64,000 nt of DNA from Sphagnum compactum (taxonomy: Eukaryota). Under the pieces are notes generated by a model. That model made no database searches, was not told where the DNA came from, and was given only the letters and a program-made list of their open reading frames with translations. How positions within the stretch are numbered: the stretch's first letter is position 1; each line of letters opens with the position of its first letter. A program made the position numbers and the translations under genes. Below, one piece after another: positions 53,420-64,000 of this stretch. The stretch is from contig OZ234493.1 in assembly GCA_965153455.1 (NCBI GenBank), positions 18,032,213 to 18,096,212 on the forward strand, in the 5' to 3' direction.

Positions 53420-53438
53420 ATACCCGCGCGTTCCCGCG
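53409..53438 (+). promoter_or_regulatory. E2F-like sites (TTCCCGCC 53409-53416, TTCCCGCG 53431-53438; another at 53054-53061)
   Basis: TTSSCSS cores ~130-160 bp upstream of the ATG of a replication-licensing gene, a known E2F target class. Confidence 0.6.
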
Positions 53439-53565
53439 CCGCCCACAATCTCTCTTCCGCCTCGCGGCAGCGAAATCCCTCCATCGCTTCTCTGCTAACG
53501 ACTTCCATTCTCAGTCAGCAAAGTTTCGCAAGCCACCGATCCCTCGTGTCCTTGGCATTTCCACA

Positions 53566-60331
<6,766 letters not shown>

Positions 60332-60759
60332 TCATCATTGTCTTAGCAAAACACTTTGGAATTTGTCAGAGTTTTAGATCTATGCTCAAGACATGTAACA
60401 TACAGTAAGTTTCCTCCCCTTTTTTATTTGTAACTCCAATCACAGATTTCAGTATTTGATTTTAGGATTAGAGGCTAAATCATCAGAGACTGCAGCCTGA
60501 TTGCAAAATTTAAAGCTCATTATTGAGCTGAGTTTTATTTGTTAGGCCATTGCTCAAGCAACAACAGATGTTTGCATTGTTTTCCAGCAGACTTGTGCCA
60601 TTGAACTTCCATTGGAATTTGTATCTGCTCATCCTGAAAGACCAATTGCTTGGAGATTTGTCCTTCCTCATGATCTTCCAACAATCGAGAAATCCCAATT
60701 GGACGGAGAAAAGAACGTGAACTCTTGAGAGGATGTATGATTCTGCAACGGAACTGTAG

Positions 60760-61132
60760 AGGGGTGTGTGTGCACATGTGAAGCCCATTTCTAGAGTATT
60801 AAGAACTCTTATGACGCCTATTCTGCCAAGGAAAATCAGATTAGGGGGTGTAATGTGCAAGGGTCAAGGCCACTTTTCAAAATGCTCATAACTCGTGAGA
60901 GGTCGATTCCGCCAGAACATCAAATAGGGTAATGTGCAAAGGTTCAAGAACGATTCTAGTACGCCGATTTTGCCATGGAACACTAGATGAGGGTGTGTTG
61001 TTGAAAGGTGGTGTCCAGAATGATAACAACTCTCTGGAGTCCAATTCTGCCGTGGAACCTTAGATTAGCGTGTGATGTGCAAGGGTTCAAGCCTGTTTCC
61101 AGAATTTTTTTTGAGAGGTCGATTTGGCCAAT
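60760..61132 (+). repeat. Degenerate tandem repeat, ~5 units of ~65-85 bp
   Basis: Recurrent GGGTGTAATGTGCAAGGGT(T)CAAG...CGATTCTGCC..GGAA..AGATTAG blocks downstream of MCM2. Confidence 0.7.
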
Positions 61133-61596
61133 CAGATAACTGAACGCACTTAGTCTTAGGCAGTCGATTCTACGAAATAAAATGCTCTAAATAAAACTGA
61201 TTATTACGACAATACATTTTTGTTGCCAATGCAATATGCGGTTTTCTATTTTCTAAACGAAAAGAAGGCGGCAGAATTGGCCTTCAAAACTGTTACGAGT
61301 TCGTTTGGTCGAATAAGCCACGTGCGTACGAGAACTGATCAGTCGTTCAGTCCAATTGAAAATTGACGAGTGGCAAATGAATCTGACTCTAGCGAGTTGT
61401 TATTATTTAGAGGGATGAAATGATTATAATTAATATTGGCCACAAGTGTGAATGTTTCGACAATATTTGGGCCAATCGGCAGACGACATCTGGCACGTGG
61501 ACCATACGAGGACGTAAGAAAAGCACACTTGGTGTGATTGTATTAGGGGCCAAAATGCAATTTGACCGAAGGCAGTAGGATGTAGGGCAATGGGCG

Positions 61597-62100
61597 GTAA
61601 CAGAAGGACCGCCGCGGCCCTAACAGAGGGCGGTATAAGAGGCGATTCTGTTTACAGCCCGGAGCGTTCCGGACTATGTTGTAACAGAAGGCGGTAAGAG
61701 GCGATTCTGTTACGGCCCTGATCCTTGGTATATGATGTAACACAAGGCCGTAAGGGGTGAATCTGTTGCGGCGCCAACCCTTGGCCTATGCTGTGTAACA
61801 CAAGGCGCTAAGACGCAAATCTGTTACGGCTCTTTTTATTGCAGCCTTGGCAATAACAGGAGAATTTGTTACAGCCCCGGCCCTTGAAGCCTAGGCCATG
61901 ACAGAAGGCGGTAAAAGGCAAATCTGCTACGGCCTCGGAACTTGCAGCCTATGCTGTAACAGAAGGCGGTAAGAGTCGAATCTGTTACGGCCGCGGCCCT
62001 CACAGCCTATGCTGTAACAGAAGGCGGCATAAGGCGAATTTGTTACGGGCGCGGCCCTTGCAGCCTATATATATTCTGTAACAGAATGCGGTAAGAGTGG
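61597..62100 (+). repeat. ~58-bp tandem array (~9-10 units), each with an internal inverted repeat GTAACAGA-N17-TCTGTTAC
   Basis: Units start at ~61621, 61681, 61737, 61795, 61853, 61898, 61956, 62014 and 62078. Confidence 0.9.
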
Positions 62101-62269
62101 TGTGCTCACGGGCTGCGTTGTAAGCTGTGGCTGAATTGCGCAAGGGCAGGCAGGTGCTTGCTCAGTACAGATCTCGTTGTCGCGGCACCGACCGACCCCG
62201 GGCTTGCTTGTCGATCATTCGCGCGCGCAATCCCCGTCGCTACTACTTGTTGCCATATCCCACCGACAT

Positions 62270-64000
62270 CTCTCCATTCGCGTCTCTTGCATCTCGGTTC
62301 TCTCTCTCTCTCTCTCTGCTCCCTCTCTCGTGCGTGTTTTGTGTCTCTGGCCCTTCCGTAATCTTCGTCAGAATTGCTCTTGTGGATTCTGCCTTTTCTC
62401 CAGCGGAGGAAGGCATATCAAAGCAAGGAACGAGAGGGAGGCATAACAAAAGCAGGGAATTAAGAAGCAGGAGTCGAGAGACGGGCCAAGCAGCGTTGCG
62501 GGGAAGCGTAGCATACTTGCATAGCGTAGCGGCTCTTTTCTCGTTTCTCGCACTACACCGTCTCGTCTCGTCTCCTCATCTCATCTGTCGGTAAGTACTT
62601 ACACGCTTGCCCTTGTCTTTTTTTCTTCCCAGAATCTCTCTCTCGCTCTCTCGCAATCTCTGTTGTTTTGCCCCGTCTGCGGTCTCTGCTTTCTTCGCAT
62701 GGCTCTCTCTGTTTCGGGAAGTTGTTCTTGCGGGGCCGAGGTTACAAGGGCCGGTTTGTGTTGCGTACGTTAGGAGGGCGTCTTCTTGTGTTCTGGCGCC
62801 AGATCGTTACTGGAATTCTGTCTTGTGAGGGTTTGATCCCTTGTCTGCTTTTTTGCTGCTAGCATCTGATGGTTGGGGAACGGATCCTGCGAGTTTGTCA
62901 CCGTGGTGCGTGTTCGTTTTTTCAGGAACACACACGGACGCCAGGCCTCCCAGTGTACCGGCCGTTGAATCGGGGGAGATCTATCAGTGACAACAGACAC
63001 CAGGTGGTGCTTCATCTTGAAGATTGCCTTGTGTTGTCGGTTTGTTGTTTGTGGGATGTGTGTGGTGATTGTGCGCCAGCAGGCCGGTGTTGTAGTGTGC
63101 AAGATCGATTCAGGTCATATATGTGGAAGAAGATTGTAGTTTTGCAGGATGATGACGCCGTCTCTTTGTAGATTTTGTGCGGGTCATGAGGATATGGAAA
63201 GACCACGCTTTCAGCTTGGTGTTTGGGAGAGGAATTTGCTTAGATTGCCCTGGATGATGAAGTCCTGGACAGTTTGGCTTGTCTGTTGCATACAAGCAGC
63301 ATAGTCTGTCTTGTGAAATACTTCCACTGAAGATCATCTGTTCAGTGTCTCTGAAAGACTTCTCCTAACTTTCATTCCCTTAGTCACTGTCTCTCTCTCG
63401 CTCTCTCAAGTTTGTTTTTATAGGAAATCCGGGATTTTGTATCACCTGACATCAGAGATGAACCTGTTCAGTACCTTTCTTCTTAGATGCTTCTGTAATC
63501 TCCATCTGCCCCCCATGCTCTTGCATCCTTCTGTCCTGGCCTCTTTGATGATGCATAGTTGTAGAGATTTCTGGATGCCTTTGGGAGCTCTTAACAAATC
63601 CGTAGGTCCCATGGCTGGAGTCAGCCTTTGAGGAAGGATGTGGCACCATGATGTGGACTGACTGCCTCCTTCACCACCTTGCTGGTCTTGATAGCACTCC
63701 TCTTGCTCCACCCAAATTTGGCCTGGGGTCTACAGACACAAGGCAAGCAGAGTCTCTGAGGTTGCTCGCTCTCTCTGCAAGAGGAGTTAATGGTATTGTG
63801 TATGTTTTGGTCAAATTATGTGACTATCACTGTTGTTCATATTGCGAATCCCATTGTTCTTTTTGGTCTAATTTGTTCCTTCTGTCTTTTTCTTCTTCTC
63901 AGTTCTTCAGTCCTTCACTGGGTGTTTGAACAAATATTCTCCTTGTCCTGGATTCCTTAATTGTGAGTATGGAAATTTTCTAGATGCTCATGAGAGTTAT
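62270..64000 (+). other. Probable 5' end (TSS, 5'UTR exons/introns) of an unidentified gene
   Basis: GC-rich island, CT-repeat Y-patches (62298-62329, 62634-62652), strong donor CG|GTAAGT (~62591) and a candidate exon ending AATG|GTATTG (~63792). No recognisable protein homology. Confidence 0.45.

Noticed and set aside
61597-62100. CRISPR array
   Set aside because: The linkers are related to each other (GGCCCTTGCAGCCTATGCT-like) rather than unique, the repeats are degenerate, no cas genes are present and the context is eukaryotic.
63615-63640. Possible miR477-like target site (AGCCTTTGAGG core)
   Set aside because: Only ~11 contiguous matches to the recalled miRNA, with several mismatches including in the seed region.

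Overview
Eukaryotic, intron-rich, AT-rich plant nuclear DNA, most likely a bryophyte (Sphagnum-like). The taxon is inferred from the alpha/beta-hydrolase-NLR architecture and the interspersed repeat families, not from a search. The first ~51 kb is mostly decayed genes and transposons: an APD-type RING E3 ligase pseudogene, an alpha/beta-hydrolase-NB-ARC-LRR (Hyd-NLR) pseudogene with a near-perfect 72-bp LRR array, an M18 aspartyl aminopeptidase pseudogene, an SF1/BBP-like KH/Zn-knuckle pseudogene, an exon of an archaeal-type RibB (DHBP synthase), hAT and Tourist MITEs, a decayed PIF/Harbinger element and four CACTA-like termini. An apparently intact MCM2 gene (53566-60331) follows, with a triplicated promoter unit carrying E2F-like sites, then two tandem repeat arrays and the 5' end of an unidentified gene. 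The top leads are: (1) a putative ~18-kb CACTA element (23843-41875, CAT target-site duplication), possibly nested in a larger one, enclosing two head-to-head, 3'-truncated, intron-containing host genes; (2) an NLR whose LRR modules look shuffled like cassettes; (3) the archaeal-type ribB exon; (4) a 58-bp hairpin-repeat promoter array.
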